From positions 1 to 64,000 of the forward strand of contig KZ537981.1 in NCBI GenBank assembly GCA_000934665.2: a stretch of 64,000 nt of DNA, read 5' to 3'. Below, one piece after another: positions 36,401 through 49,717 of this stretch. The notes beneath the pieces are model-generated. The model was not told the DNA's origin. It saw only the letters and a list, made by a program, of their open reading frames with translations, and searched no databases. The translations under genes and the position numbers were made by a program. The DNA is from Catajapyx aquilonaris (lineage: Eukaryota). Each line of letters begins with the position of its first letter. Position 1 is the stretch's first letter.

Positions 36401-39021
36401 CACGGTCATCCAACTGCACCTTTTCTTAATTTATTGCACCCAATTATAACCTAGGCTGCGTAACTTTTATCATCCTGCCCGGATATCCCTCCCAGGTTGT
36501 GTTTACATATACAGTCTTGATATACCCTGTGTTTACGTCCAGAATCCGTTGACCTCCGCTTCCCTCAGGCCAACCCCAAATATATACTGGACATTATCCT
36601 CTCTCGCCCTGAGTCCTATTATTTCCAAACATTCCTTCAAAAGGCTCGTTTTTTACGACCAGGGACGTCTTCTTCTTCCTCGTACAGTACATAGTGGAGC
36701 ATGGCCGTGCAACGAGGGGAGCCTTGTACATTTGCCCAACATGGAGATCCCCAAGTATGCCAGTGGGTCGTCCACCAAATCAGAAGGTCCTTCCACCCCA
36801 CCCCACTTCATGGGAGGGGGTCGTCCCTCATCCCCCTGCCAACAAAGGGGCGCCCCTTTTGTACCCTGTACTCCGCCTACCTGGGTTATAATACAGGGTG
36901 GTGAACTGCTCAAAATCCCTCAACTCCCTAAGGGAGCATGGGAAGAATCACGTTATGGCGCCAGGACAGGTAAGTGAATGTTTCCAACCTGTCGAACTGG
37001 TTGCCAGAGGAAACAATCCACACCTTTGTTGACACCCTGATCGTTCCAAGACCCCAGACTATAGTTACTTCCAACGAACTGCTGGGGCAAACAATTCGTG
37101 ATTCTTCGCCACTTTGGTAAGAAGTGGAGGGTTTTTTTGGGGGGGGAGGTCGAATTACTGGCAACAATGAGCAGAGTTTCAACACTGGTGTCTTATGACC
37201 AAAGCAAGAGGGCTAGTTAGAATAAATGGCATGACGACATACGCTCAAGTGTGAATCCTGGATGTTGCGAGTCGCGTGTTATGGACACCCTGAGTAAACA
37301 CGAGCCCCCCCCCCNACACACTCCCAAAAAAGAAAAATTCGAAGGGTTAAAAAAAAAAAAATTAAATAGCGGACCTGCTTACCCTTCGACCATTTGTATT
37401 TGTGCCCGTCGTAAAATTCCAGGGTCGGTTAGCACGGAACTCGGGCCATTATTACTTCGAGGGGCTGAAGGATACACGTGTTCACCAACATATAGCTTAG
37501 GAGGACCTAACTAGAAACAACCAAAAATTCCTACCGCCGCAACATTTTCAGCTGTTTTGTAACAATTATGAAAGCCTTGACAGGACCCTGTGAAGCTATC
37601 ATTCCATTGTTAGGTAATCTATACGTACTTCCGGAGATGAATTAATGCCCTATAAGGACCTCCCTCTTCACGGCCTCAAACCTGACAAGTGTACTTGACA
37701 AAAATTAAGACCATCCAATATAACCCTGACATCGAACCTTGTCAGGACCTCACACGTCCTACAGGTGATATAAATCGGCCTCGCAATGTCGCTAATGCAA
37801 TGCAAACCCGACAAAAATTTCAGATGAAGAAACAGCATACACAGCAGGCAACTTCAAACCAAATCGCGAAATCGTACACACGCAAACCGGCAAAATTTTT
37901 ACAAGTGGTTAAACAATCGAGGTGAAAGCGCAAAGTAAATAATTGCACGGGAGAGAAGATGTCAGACGCTTCCTGAATTCCCACGGATCCAGAAGATATT
38001 CCGTGAGCGCAATGATGGAAAAAAAACAACTTCACGCGATCGAGATTCTTCTTGTCAAAATCGCCGGATGGTCCACGTCATCAGCTGTATCAACTAAGCA
38101 GCTTTTTTTAATGCACTAAACAGTTTCTTTCGAATAAATCAATTCAGTGGGCTAATATTAGCTTGGAATTTGCAGCTAGCAGCTGAATGTAACTTTTCGA
38201 CAACTTAGCAGAAGAAATCGCTTGGACCAAAATAATGAGATGGGATCATTTTTGTACAGGGCCATCATCATCATCATCCCTGGTTTTTGGTGGTGCGCGT
38301 CAGCACACATGGCATGGTTGTTTGGTGGTTGGGGGAGGCTTTAGAACCCGGATTTAGAGCCTTCTCATTGGCCCCATGCCAGAAACAGAGCCGGGCCAAA
38401 AATTCTGACGGGGTCCGTGCTCTTTCCATGGCCTCCCCATGCCTCACTCGTTCGCATACAAACACGCCTCCGCCAGTTCAGAAGATCAGTAGGGTGGGGT
38501 CAGCCTCGAGCGGTCAAGTTTGACCCCAGTCCAAACTCTTACCGATGACATGAACCACTTGACAACCCACCCCCACAAAAAAAACTAAAGAGCAACGGGG
38601 GGCCGGATTTTGTCCCCTTCCAAAGACCCCCTCCTACTTTTCAAAGCTGAAGAGCCTCGCTATTTCTGGTACGCAGAGTATCTGGCTTGCAGCTTGCGAG
38701 GTCGAGGGAAACACTAGACTTTTGACGCGCGTTTGCAGTTCAGGTCCACTTACACCCGATGACTTCATGCCATTACAGCAACCACCCGAAGCCACAAGAT
38801 TGCCACGTGAATTACTGGGGAAGAATATGTCGCGGTTAGTTCAGGCTCCGACGCCTAAAGCTGGCGCCAAATCGAATATATCCAAACTGGAAATGCTTGC
38901 AGCTTCTATAAGAAAGAGGCATCAGATTTATAGCAAATGCTTCTGAAGTCATATTCCCTAGTGATATCGCCCAACCTGCGAACTAGTGAGCCAAAATTTG
39001 GCCAAAAATCAGTATGAGAGT

Positions 39022-39191
39022 GACAATTAAACAATTTAATGAGATGACCCGCCGATTTACCACGTAGTACTATTCTTCGCTCATAGATGGCGCACCCTCC
39101 CTCTGCACACTCCCGCCACCTGCGAAAGATAGCGATACTATCAGGTCGGACAAACATCCGACAGAGAGAATAAGCCTATTAGGAGGAAGAT
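39022..39191 (+). repeat. Dispersed ~170-bp repeat, copy B
   Basis: Direct match to 33281-33445. Confidence 0.85.
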
Positions 39192-42100
39192 GTCTCGACA
39201 ACTATAAACACGAAGAGTCCAAAAGCTACTCGCTCCAGCAGAATTTGGTTTCCCCCGCCGAAAATGCCAGGTATGGCCCTTTGCACCTACGACACTTCCC
39301 CAACCCGCACCCCCTCTCTCTAGTGACGCCACTGACATTCACTCCTCTTAATATATGTCGCTAATTATAGCCGGGGCTGGAAATACCGATTTGCATCTCT
39401 GAGGACGAGGGATGTATCGCCGGATCACCGTTCCTGGCTGGGTGTCACCTTGAAAAAAAACAAATCCAATGCGCCACGCTTTCTCTGCTATTAAACTAGT
39501 GTCTAGTCCTCCGATGGTGACATTTCCTGCACGACGGACGGATATTGCGACATTGCGGTGACAGGTCGCACTCGGGACGTTTTCAGCAAGCTTTTCGAAG
39601 CTGAAAGTAACTGCTACTTTTCGAACCAAAGAATTGTCCAGCATGAAATTATGCTTTTCCAAGGTGGTACTCCTGGACTTGGCAACCAAGAGGTTTCCTC
39701 AGCTGATGTGTACGCACCCAGCCGCAATTAGTCGCGCGTATGAGTGCGTGAAAAGAAGCGTAAACAAACAAGTTCTATGTCAGGGTTGTTGTCCCACTGC
39801 AGGAGTGATAGCCCTTTTTATCAAGCGCATGTGTCATGCAGCTCCTATAAAATGTCACCGTGCTGACAGCACTGGCCAGGACAAATCTGCTCGGCTCGCC
39901 AAAAATTCGCGAACCTGCTGACCACATGTTTAAGATCATCTGTAAGATCAGTATTAGCAACCTAACACACAACTCTTTGCATGTCAATATGGATTAATTC
40001 TGTTGGCGTCAAAGGCAACGTTAATGAAACGACCTAAAGACACAAACACTGCCCATGTGAACCCTGTCGATGTATCCTGAACTTACCGGCAACCCACCTT
40101 GCTTCACTTTTCCCTCAGCTGACACGCTCACTCGCACACAACACGTGCACTACGCACTTGACACACGCGCACTGCACATTACGTCATCACACACACGCAT
40201 TTTCCTTCGCATTTTTCTTAAAAAGATCCACTAGTTGTGTGGGTTTAGCATATTCCCCCACCGCGATACGATGCACGACACTGGAAACTTCCGACTGGCT
40301 AAATCCGACCCCAAGGGAACGGAAAAGCTGCCAGACTTTGTAGCCTGCCAGTGTTAGAAATACCATACACAACATATGCACACACTGCACTGGTTGGAAT
40401 CAGACTCAGATATGGCGGAAGTCATTACAACCTGGGGAAGAATTTCGCACGATCTGAATTCCAATTTTTTTTTGCAGTTCAGTGTGTGGTTGATTAAAAG
40501 CGGTCTGGTTCCCATCGAGTGAGTTGGCCAAATTGCAGTGGGCTATTATTGTTATTATCCGGCTCTAATGCGCGATAAAAGCCGATGAGAAAAGCCTTTG
40601 TTGGCTATCTGAAAGTACATATCGTAAAGATGTATTGCCGGCCAAGTTTATGCAACCGGACTGATAAGACCAGAAATGACACAGCGCAAATGGCGTAATA
40701 CCCGCTCGGGAGTTGATAGAAGGTACCGGCGCCCCGCCTTGAAGACAAATAAATACTGCCACCATGTCCAGAAGAAAAAACTTAAGATTAGATTGAACGG
40801 AAGCACACTCGCAATTACAATTAATCTGAGCATCGCTTATATTCAATTATTTGCTCTGTTCATTTTTGTTGTCAATGCCACTGGGTCATTACATCTGACT
40901 TAAGAGTTGGCAGATCACTCATCGTACACCTGCAGCATAATGAGCTTCACCACCTTTTGTATGCAAAGAAAACAACTGTTACATGAGCATAGGCTGCCCA
41001 AGTGCCAACATATGGCATGTCGGACACACTGTGGGCTCATACATTACGTGCCAAATTGCATGATTCGCATTCAACCAGCATGCTTTTCAAGCCAAGAGCA
41101 AGTGATTTGTTTCTCTGGAAGGAGGCTTACTTCCAACTCTTGCAAGTTTATTTTGGAGCCCCAGTTATGGTTAAGAGGGAGGTTGTCAAATGTCAAGTGG
41201 CCTGGAGAAAACCATTCTAAACATGTCTTAACCGATGCCCACCCCCTTCTAAGGCACATCCCAATTAATCCGCATTGACTGCTTCTTGGGTTACAGAGAG
41301 GAGTCGTCCCAGCTTTCTGAATGGGGATCCGCTCTTCAGAAGTGCCGGGGCTTGTGAATAAGATGGGCGGGATACCCACTTGGCTGAAGATACCTCAAGA
41401 GCAGACCCGTTAATCTACTTATGGAGAATAAATATGTCCTTGTGCGCATTAGCCAGGGTGCCAGCTGCATTTTTCAAGACAAAAAACCAAGTGGCATTCC
41501 TTCATTAGCAGGCATCTTCATTGTCGTCTTCCAAACATTAGCGTACCTCATCCTTTTATCACCATGCGGCACACGCCGCCTGACTATTTTTACCAGCATG
41601 GGTATTTCAAGCATTTATCATTGCCTTGCACCTATCTCGCCACAGCGAACTTTGGCCAGACCGATATTGCAAAAGCGCAACTGTCATCATGGAGCGTTAA
41701 CAGAAACTTCAAACCTAAGATGGATTTACAAGCTCATGGTGTTTGCAAGTGTATTCAGGTTGCAAAGAAATAAATTTCTTGCATCCTCATCTCTTGTTAC
41801 ATGTTCTGGTCATGCTAAAAAAGCAAAAGGTTTTTAAAACAGGATGACAGTGGAGTTTTTTGCAACTGAAATTTGCTCAAAAACCACTTCTCGTGATCTT
41901 GCGGTCGATTAATTGCGCAAACAATTACTCCAATATTACACAAATGTTTCAATATCATGCAGATCAGCTTGTGCAAATGGCAGTCCCTCACTGCTGTACA
42001 ATACAGCAAAGAGGTGCACATTTATGGAAGAGAATCTTACAGGACATTTCAAGACTCTTGCCACAATCTCGCAATGAAGCTGAATCGTAGTGAATTTTTA

Positions 42101-44039
42101 CTAAATCAGTCCGGATGTCTGAAGTGACCTACCCTTTCTTATTGGGCAAAGTGGGAAAGAATGGACGTAAAATTACACAAGCAAAATTTTTCAGGCTGCT
42201 TCTGACTGGATATAAAAATTATTTCCATCCTCTCCCTACTGCCCCGGCACAGGAGAACAGATCATAAAATAATGCTCACCCATTCTGGTAACCATCCTGC
42301 GAGAAGTCGGCTCGTAACTAGACCTGCAACAGAACTTGCACATTAGTTCTGACATAAGGCTCCCAACAATCACTTACTTACCAGTCGCATCCCAACACAG
42401 CTGCTCCTATCCAAACCACCAGTTCCACAAGACGACATCTTGCAGCCTCAGAAATCACACCAAAATGATACAGATTCAACCCCAAACGCATACTAAAAGT
42501 ACAGACCATCCTGTGCAATTACCTGAAGTGCCTTATTGAAGTTACTTATTTTTCCTAAGGTTGGTTAGTTGGAACGTACGATACATCAAACGGAAGCCAT
42601 TAGAACCAAAGCAATACCACCAGAATTCATCCAGCAATGTTTGCGAACTGAGTCCAGTTCCATCATGTGTCAATGACCTCTAAGGTCACCGCAGGTTATT
42701 CAGTGCTGCGGCAGTGACATGCCTGTACAGCACCTGATGGAACATTGCCATGACCCCCAGGCTGCCCAGTGCCCCTCTGACCTACTTCGACCTGTGTTGA
42801 CCCCCCCATGAAAACCCAGTGACCTACTTTCGAACACCCAAAATTATACCAATGATCCTGCATGTCCCGTTGTTCTCACCGACACCCCCCCGTCAGGCAC
42901 TGAAGGCAGTTGGTGTTGTCCTGGCAGTTGATATCACATTATGGATAACGAAGGAAGGCGTCGCGACGCGTCGGGAGGACTTATCGTCGCTTCATCGTCA
43001 CCGACACAAAACTTTTTTTTTCTGTCCGGCGAGAGACGTTCCAAAGGCCGCGTCCGAATGGAGTCGGGCCGCGTTCGAATCGGCTGAGAAGTGACGTCAC
43101 GCTCAGAGTTTGGGCGCCAAAATTCAAAGCAGGGTTGTAGGTAGCCAGAAATACTAATTCCAACCCTTTTTTTTTTTGACTTCCTGGTCTATTTCATATC
43201 AACATAAAAAAGGCATATAGGTGATTAATTTATGCGGAAGGTCGTTGCGGTACTCAAGGTCGGGAAAGACGTAAAATCGGGCGTCATATTACGTAATGTT
43301 TGCAATTGCAATGTGTGCTGTGGAAAGGAGAAAAAAAAATACGGGTAATTCCCACGGATAATTGCGCTGCCATGGTTTTTTCTTCTTCTTCTTCTTCTTC
43401 TTCGTCTCACGCTAATTTTTCCAGACTGTTCCATAGAAGGCAATACCCGAAAGAATAAAACAATACAGGATTAATCAGCAGTTATTGTGAACATGCAATT
43501 AAAAACGTGTATAAACAAGTGCAAAATTAGTGTAACAAAACAACTGACATATGCACAATAATTTAAATTAATTACATAAATTACTGGCACGTTTTAAATA
43601 TAGGAATGTTTTTTGACACCTAACCTTTTTGGCAGGTAAAATTTTCGCACAGTTAGACGTTGTTTAAATTGGCCCACGTACATAAATAAGAGAAAAAAAT
43701 TAATGTAATAAAAACTGGTACAATTACATTAAAATTACAAGTACGTTGTGTAAGAAGTTTGTTGTTTTGAACCCACTAAACCAGGTAAATTGTCATAAAT
43801 TTTCACACAATTTTAGTGTAAAATTACCAGTACTGTACATTACGTAAGAAGATTGCTGTTTCGACACCTACTACGACAGGTAAATTTCCGCAAATTGTTT
43901 TAATCGGCATAATTTTGCACAAAAATTTGCATTTTCATTTCGACGGAATAGAAAACAGTCTCATAGAACGGATCTATCTAGTGCCCGTGGACAGATGGCT
44001 TAATAAACTGCAGGAGATAGCAACAAAACGGTTTTCGGA

Positions 44040-44110
44040 TTCGGATTCAGCTGATTCAACTTCCGGGTGACCGGCCACTTCCGGTGGGTTAGCCGCCAGA
44101 AGGTAAAGTC
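44040..44110 (+). promoter_or_regulatory. Probable cueball promoter with tandem ETS-type motifs
   Basis: Two acttccgg motifs (~44059 and ~44077) lie in a GC-rich patch ~380 bp upstream of the cueball ATG, with a possible non-coding exon donor at ~44102. Confidence 0.35.
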
Positions 44111-44454
44111 CACACCGGGTTTCCTTGGACTGCCAACATTCAATGTCATCGTGGCGTATCGTATGCAATCTGTAAGTGCCCAATGAGAAAAAGTCTACTC
44201 GAATCACGTCTTTTTTTATTCGTATCCCCCCCGACCCCGACCCTACCCGCCGCGGCCGCCTGCAAGTGTAGCCAACCCCAAAGGAGCAGACCACCCCTGC
44301 CATCTGCCGTCGTCTTTCTCCAACCCAGTTTCCCCTCTTCGCTTCCTGTGGTGCGGTGTCTCTGCCTCTCCCCCCGTCTCAGTCATTCGGCAGTAGAGAC
44401 GGAGGCTGTGCGGAAGTCCGGGGCGCTGGAGGGAACACACCAAGGGCCGACCCC

Positions 44455-47400
44455 ATGGCGGCCCGGACCCTCCTCCTCACCACACTCCTCCTCGTATCAG
44501 CTGCTGCTGCCACCCCAGGTAAATCCCCTTCCCCCAAAATAATAATTCTTTATCGATTGATTATCCCGCCCTTTCCGCACGATGCCATTGGACCCAAGCA
44601 ATTCCGCACGTAGGCCATCCCTATACTACAGTAGTATGTACTACATACCCTCTGTAGTACATCAACCAGAAAATATGTAGGTTACACCCGGCCACGTAGC
44701 AGCAAGGAATACGCGTTACATAAGCTGAATTGGCTCACAAAAATTTGCACGCCAAAAAATATTGTTTTGCGAACGGGAGGAAAATAATTCGCGATTTTAC
44801 ATAAGTGTGTTGCGCGTATCAAAAAAATATTTCGCCATGTTAGTAAAATTTGAATTCGCGAATTTTTCGCAAAAAATACGTTGGGTCGAGTACCAATTGA
44901 TAATTAGCATTAATATTGCTTGTTGTTGGGTCAAAATTTTCGCGGAGTTGAAATATTTTTTTAAAGGTGATAACTTGAATCCGCGAATATTTTTTGCAAG
45001 AAATATTTCGCGATGTTAATAATTTGAATTCGCGAATTTTGTCGCAAAAAATACCTTGCAATTATAGTGTCATACCAATTGATAATTAGCATTAATATGT
45101 GTTGTTGGGTCAAAATTTTCGCGGAGTTGAAATATTATTTAAAAAGGTGATAACTTGAATCCGCGAATATTTTTTTTGCAAAAAAGTGATCATACCAAAG
45201 AAAACCATAATTTGCATTATTCACAAATAGTCGTAATTGTGAGTCGTGGCTAAATTTTCGCGACGTATTATGTGCAATAATTTTTGAATTCGCGAATATG
45301 CTCGCAAAAAAATCCGTGTTCCAGTTATGCAAGCCATACCAAACGATAAATGTTCAATACTTACAAAATATTGTGTGTGGAAAGTATGAAAATTTTCTCC
45401 GCGTTGAAATTAATTCGCAAATATTCGTGTAATGCGGGTCATGCTAAATATTTCGATAATTTGCAATATTTACAACCATGTCATGACACCAGCAATTAGT
45501 GCTAATTACAATTACAATCGCGAGCAACATTTGCCAAATTTCCCAATCATCACGCTCGTTTGATAGAGAGTTTTGCAAAAAAAAGAAATTGAGCAAAACG
45601 TTATGCCAAGTTCCGTTAAGGTCACCTTCAAGAGATTCTTTTCCTGCTTTAAAAAAAATTGTTTCGCATGCTAAAAAAAAATAATTAAAAGTGCACTGAC
45701 CAGTCGTTAGTAGACCATGCATGCCCTTCTCCCCGTGTATTGTTACCGTTCGCATGTAAGTACTTTCTCTAATTATTGTTTGCAAAGAGTGCACCAAGCG
45801 TGTACCCTACTTATAGCCAAGGCTATAGACACTGCATTATTTTTCACATGTGGAGGGCATATCTGTTCAATTATAATTTTTCATTAATTATACGGTGTAA
45901 TTAGTGTGTACGTATGGACGGTGTACATTTTTTATTGGGTACGATCATCATGGGGAATTTTTCTTAGCAAACTTGTAGCTCCCACACTTTTAACGTAACG
46001 AAATGACGTACAAGACGCTACTTAAAAAAGTAAATAATGCGTTTGTAAAGCGCGATAAGACTTTTGAGTAAAATGATAAGGCGATAGTCGTCAAAAGGCC
46101 TTGAACATGCTCAATGATAGTTGGAGGATTTACAGTAATGTTCCGCTTGAAATGATTGAAGCCCACATTTGTACAACATGTGCGCAACCAGACCTGGTTT
46201 AAAAAAGTCAGGTACGCTATGATTCATTGCAGGTGCGATAAACAATTGTACCTAGCAGATGTATAAATTCAGGTGTAAGTACAAGTACAAGCGCTTTAAA
46301 AAGAAGTACAACTATTCGCAAGGTCATAAGCCGCTGTTATTATTTCCGTTTTTGCATGATAAGCGGTTATGATCATGTGTCAGCAAAATGTCAGTAACAT
46401 CAAGCGGAGTTGACATAAATTTTACTACCGCATTGGTTAACGAAGGAAGCGATTTGACTTCCGTACAATTTGCAAGCACCGCAGTTATTACTTTTTCTCC
46501 ATAACACCGCAACGTACACACCAACCTATATTTCTCATGCACTGTACGGCCTGACATTGCCATGTAACGAATTGCTTGTAATAACAATGGGCTATTTGTT
46601 CACGGGTAATCCCAACCAGTTTTCACAGAATTTACCCCCTTCAAGGGCACCAATTAAGTCGTATATTTTTTTTACCTGTCCCTGACTTGGGCATATTGTG
46701 ACTTCCCCGCTTTACGACACATGCTATATGATTCTTTGTCTCCTAAATTGGGTCCTAAAAGGTGGACATTGGTTTCCCATAGTGTCAATCTTCTAGAGGT
46801 TCTAGGGGGAAGGTTTAAAAATAGGCCAATGTTGGAGGTGGAAGAATATTTTGTCGAGGTCTGCTTGGGGGAGACTTATTCCTGGACACGGATAAGGGGA
46901 GCCAAAATGCTCCGTGGAACGAACCATGAAAAAAAATTAAGTGCGTCAAGCCATGTCTGGATTGGAAATTGGCAAGGTTAACCTCATCGACATATTAATT
47001 GATCTCTGTCGTCATTGAGTTGTTAACGAGCACATTTTGCTTCCAGATTTCCTAGTTGCGATCCAGAACCGGCTGGAATTGGGCCGAATAGATCAATCTT
47101 CCAGCGACCAACTCAAGCCCGACCATCTTCCTGGCCAAATAGTGGCACTGGAGTGGGATCCGATCAACTCGGAACAAGTCTTCTTCAGTGCCAGCGATGG
47201 TCTACGTGCCTCAATCCATGCCTTTAACCTCACGGACAATTCCAGCAGTCTCGTCATATCTCGTAAGTTGCAAGTTTGCTAATTATTTGCAGGTCAATAC
47301 GGTGTACTTTTTTGCAGAGAACTACACGGGAGCTGCTGAGGGACTTGCGTACGATCCATTTGATGGGACGCTGTACTGGACGGAAAGTGTTAACAGGACG

Positions 47401-48725
47401 ATTAGTTACGTGAACATCTCGGAGCCCTCAGTCGAAGTGCTACATCGATTCAGAGATGGACGCCCTTGGGGGATTGCCATTGACGTCTGTCAAAGGTGCG
47501 AATTAATTGATTAAAATCGGATGCATAATTTTAACAATTATCGATCATTCCAGACATATCTACTGGAGCAACGTGAACCACAGCTCACCGAGTATAGACC
47601 ACTCCGATTTAGATGGCGGCCTACCGTTCAAACTGGTCACCACCGACCTGTATCAGCCTCGTGGGCTGACCCTCGACTCTTCCACATCGCTCCTGTACTG
47701 GGTGGACAACCAGCCGGGTATTCACTACAGGGTGGAATGCATTTCGTTGGACGGATCCTACCGAAGGGTGCTGCACCAAGGAGAGTACCAGAATCCGTTT
47801 GCAATCACGCTAACCGCATCGAGGCTTCTATGGACCGACTGGAGTCATAAAGCGGTTTGGGAGATGCGGCTGGACACACCTGAACTTGCGCCGAGGCAAG
47901 CGCTTAACTTCACGCAGACGCCGTTTGGACTCGTAGCACTCAAGTCGGATCCAGTCTGCTCCACATTGGAAGTAACGGTGGTCCACAGTCTTCCGCATGA
48001 AATCGAAGAAGAGCCGTCATCATCCGAGCTGGCTTCGGCTGACTATGTATGTCTTGATTTTTGTCTTCACGGAGGCAAGTGTCGGATGGAAGAAAACGGA
48101 GAAGCCAACTGCACCTGTCCGGCAGGGTATTTCGGAGCGAGATGCGAAAAGACTGACTGCAAGTGTCAAAACGGAGGCACCTGCGTTTCAGGCCACTGCC
48201 TGTAAGTACCGCAATTGCACTTTCATTCCAACCGTTACTTACTCGGAAACTATTGCAGATGTAACTCAAGCTTCTCCGGCGCATATTGCGAGATTCCAAT
48301 GCCTTCCATGCAAACTGAAGCAGTTGCGCATCGAAGCGACTTCATTCATCTTTCCAAGACTGTGTTTGGGATGCTGATTGGAATCATTGTTGCTCTGATG
48401 CTCCTCTCTTTGACCCTCCTTTTCCTCATACTGAGGCTGAGACGTAGGGGAAGACATTCTGTCCACATCAAGCGGACAAAGGTCAAGAAGCCCAACCGCA
48501 ACAACTGCGGCATCATTAGCAACGCAGCTGTCCTCAGCGTTGACATCGAGGACTGCTGCAACATGAACATATGCGAAACGGTGAGTTAATCGCTCAATTC
48601 CGTGATATTTCCACTGCTACAATCTCGCTCATTTCCAGCCTTGTTACGAGACGGGAGTGAAGTACCAAAGACCTTCCAAGTCGGACGATCAAGCGTGTCT
48701 TCTCCCGCCAAAGGACTCCGCGTAG
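44455..48725 (+). CDS. cue: Cueball (LDL-receptor-related: signal peptide, YWTD beta-propeller, EGF repeats, TM, short tail)
   Basis: Exons 44455-44518, 47047-47262, 47318-47495, 47554-48201, 48259-48580 and 48639-48725 are all phase-consistent. Features: signal peptide MAARTLLLTTLLLVSAAAA, LYWTE/IYWSN/LYWVD/LLWTD repeats, EGF motifs, TM GMLIGIIVALMLLSLTLLFLIL and the cueball-type tail DIEDCCNMNICETPCY. Confidence 0.9.
44845..45425. repeat. ~175-bp tandem repeat (two good copies plus one degenerate) in cueball intron 1
   Basis: 44848-44999 and 45022-45181 share tttgaattcgcgaat...taccaattgataattagcattaatat...gggtcaaaattttcgcggagttgaaatatt...ggtgataacttgaatccgcgaat. Confidence 0.85.
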
Positions 48726-49717
48726 CGATGTGCCTGCTCAATAGTTGCTGAGATTGGCCGCCATTTGGCTGCGTTTTCCTCTGGAAATTTAAAAGAGGTT
48801 TTCTGTTGGTTGTTTTTGTTGTTGCAAAGTTTCAGTATTTGGCGAGACTGTTGGTGCAGCTCTGTTCATAAGCCAAAGACGATATTTAAATACCTCCAAT
48901 CCTGTTGAAATTCTGGTTTCGCAAAAATGAAATCGCAATATTGTATTTGGCGAGAGAACAGGAAGCAATATCCAGCAAAAAAAGGATGCCAAATAATCCC
49001 AGGGTATTTATGTATTCAGATCGCTGCAACATCCGAGTGTCGCTTGAACGTTGCAGTTTGCCCTCCCATCGTAGTCATTGAAGTAATGTTCCTAATTAAA
49101 TTAAAAATGGAAAATAATTAATGGGAAGTGGGCATGGTTGTGAATGGTGAGATTCACTCTGCTCAAAAGTAAACCGTAGCTTTCAAAGCCGCATTCCACA
49201 TTTCCTCTGATTCTCGTGAAGCTCTTTTTTTTTCTGCCTGGATCCCACTGCCAGTTGATCTGTGACCTCTCGTTTCCAACTCAATTGTTTGGGGGGTCAA
49301 ATCCTGTCGGTACTGATCAATAGTGGAAGGTCACTTTTGGAAAATAGGGAGTGATTCGTGTTCATTACTTGTTGGTAGAGTTCAAAGGCCCAGCAACATT
49401 GCGTTGAATTTTTTTCTTCCTTACGAAAGAGATGTATCCAGTTGGTGGCCGGGTGATTTATTTTTTTAAACCTGGAAAAATAAAAAAGATGCGAGCCGGA
49501 GCCGTATTCCTGCGACCACTCATTCCGAGTGCGAATAGTGGCAAATCGCAGGGCGGTTCTTACTCACTCTTTTTTTTTATAGTAACTTGGTAAGATATAG
49601 TTGGAAGCAGATTTCAAAAAAATACAAGAAGAGCACCATGGGCTTTAATTTATGAACAAGAGAGCAATAAAGCCCTTTTTGGAAAAACAAATGCGTTTTG
49701 GATTATTTTTTCACCTT

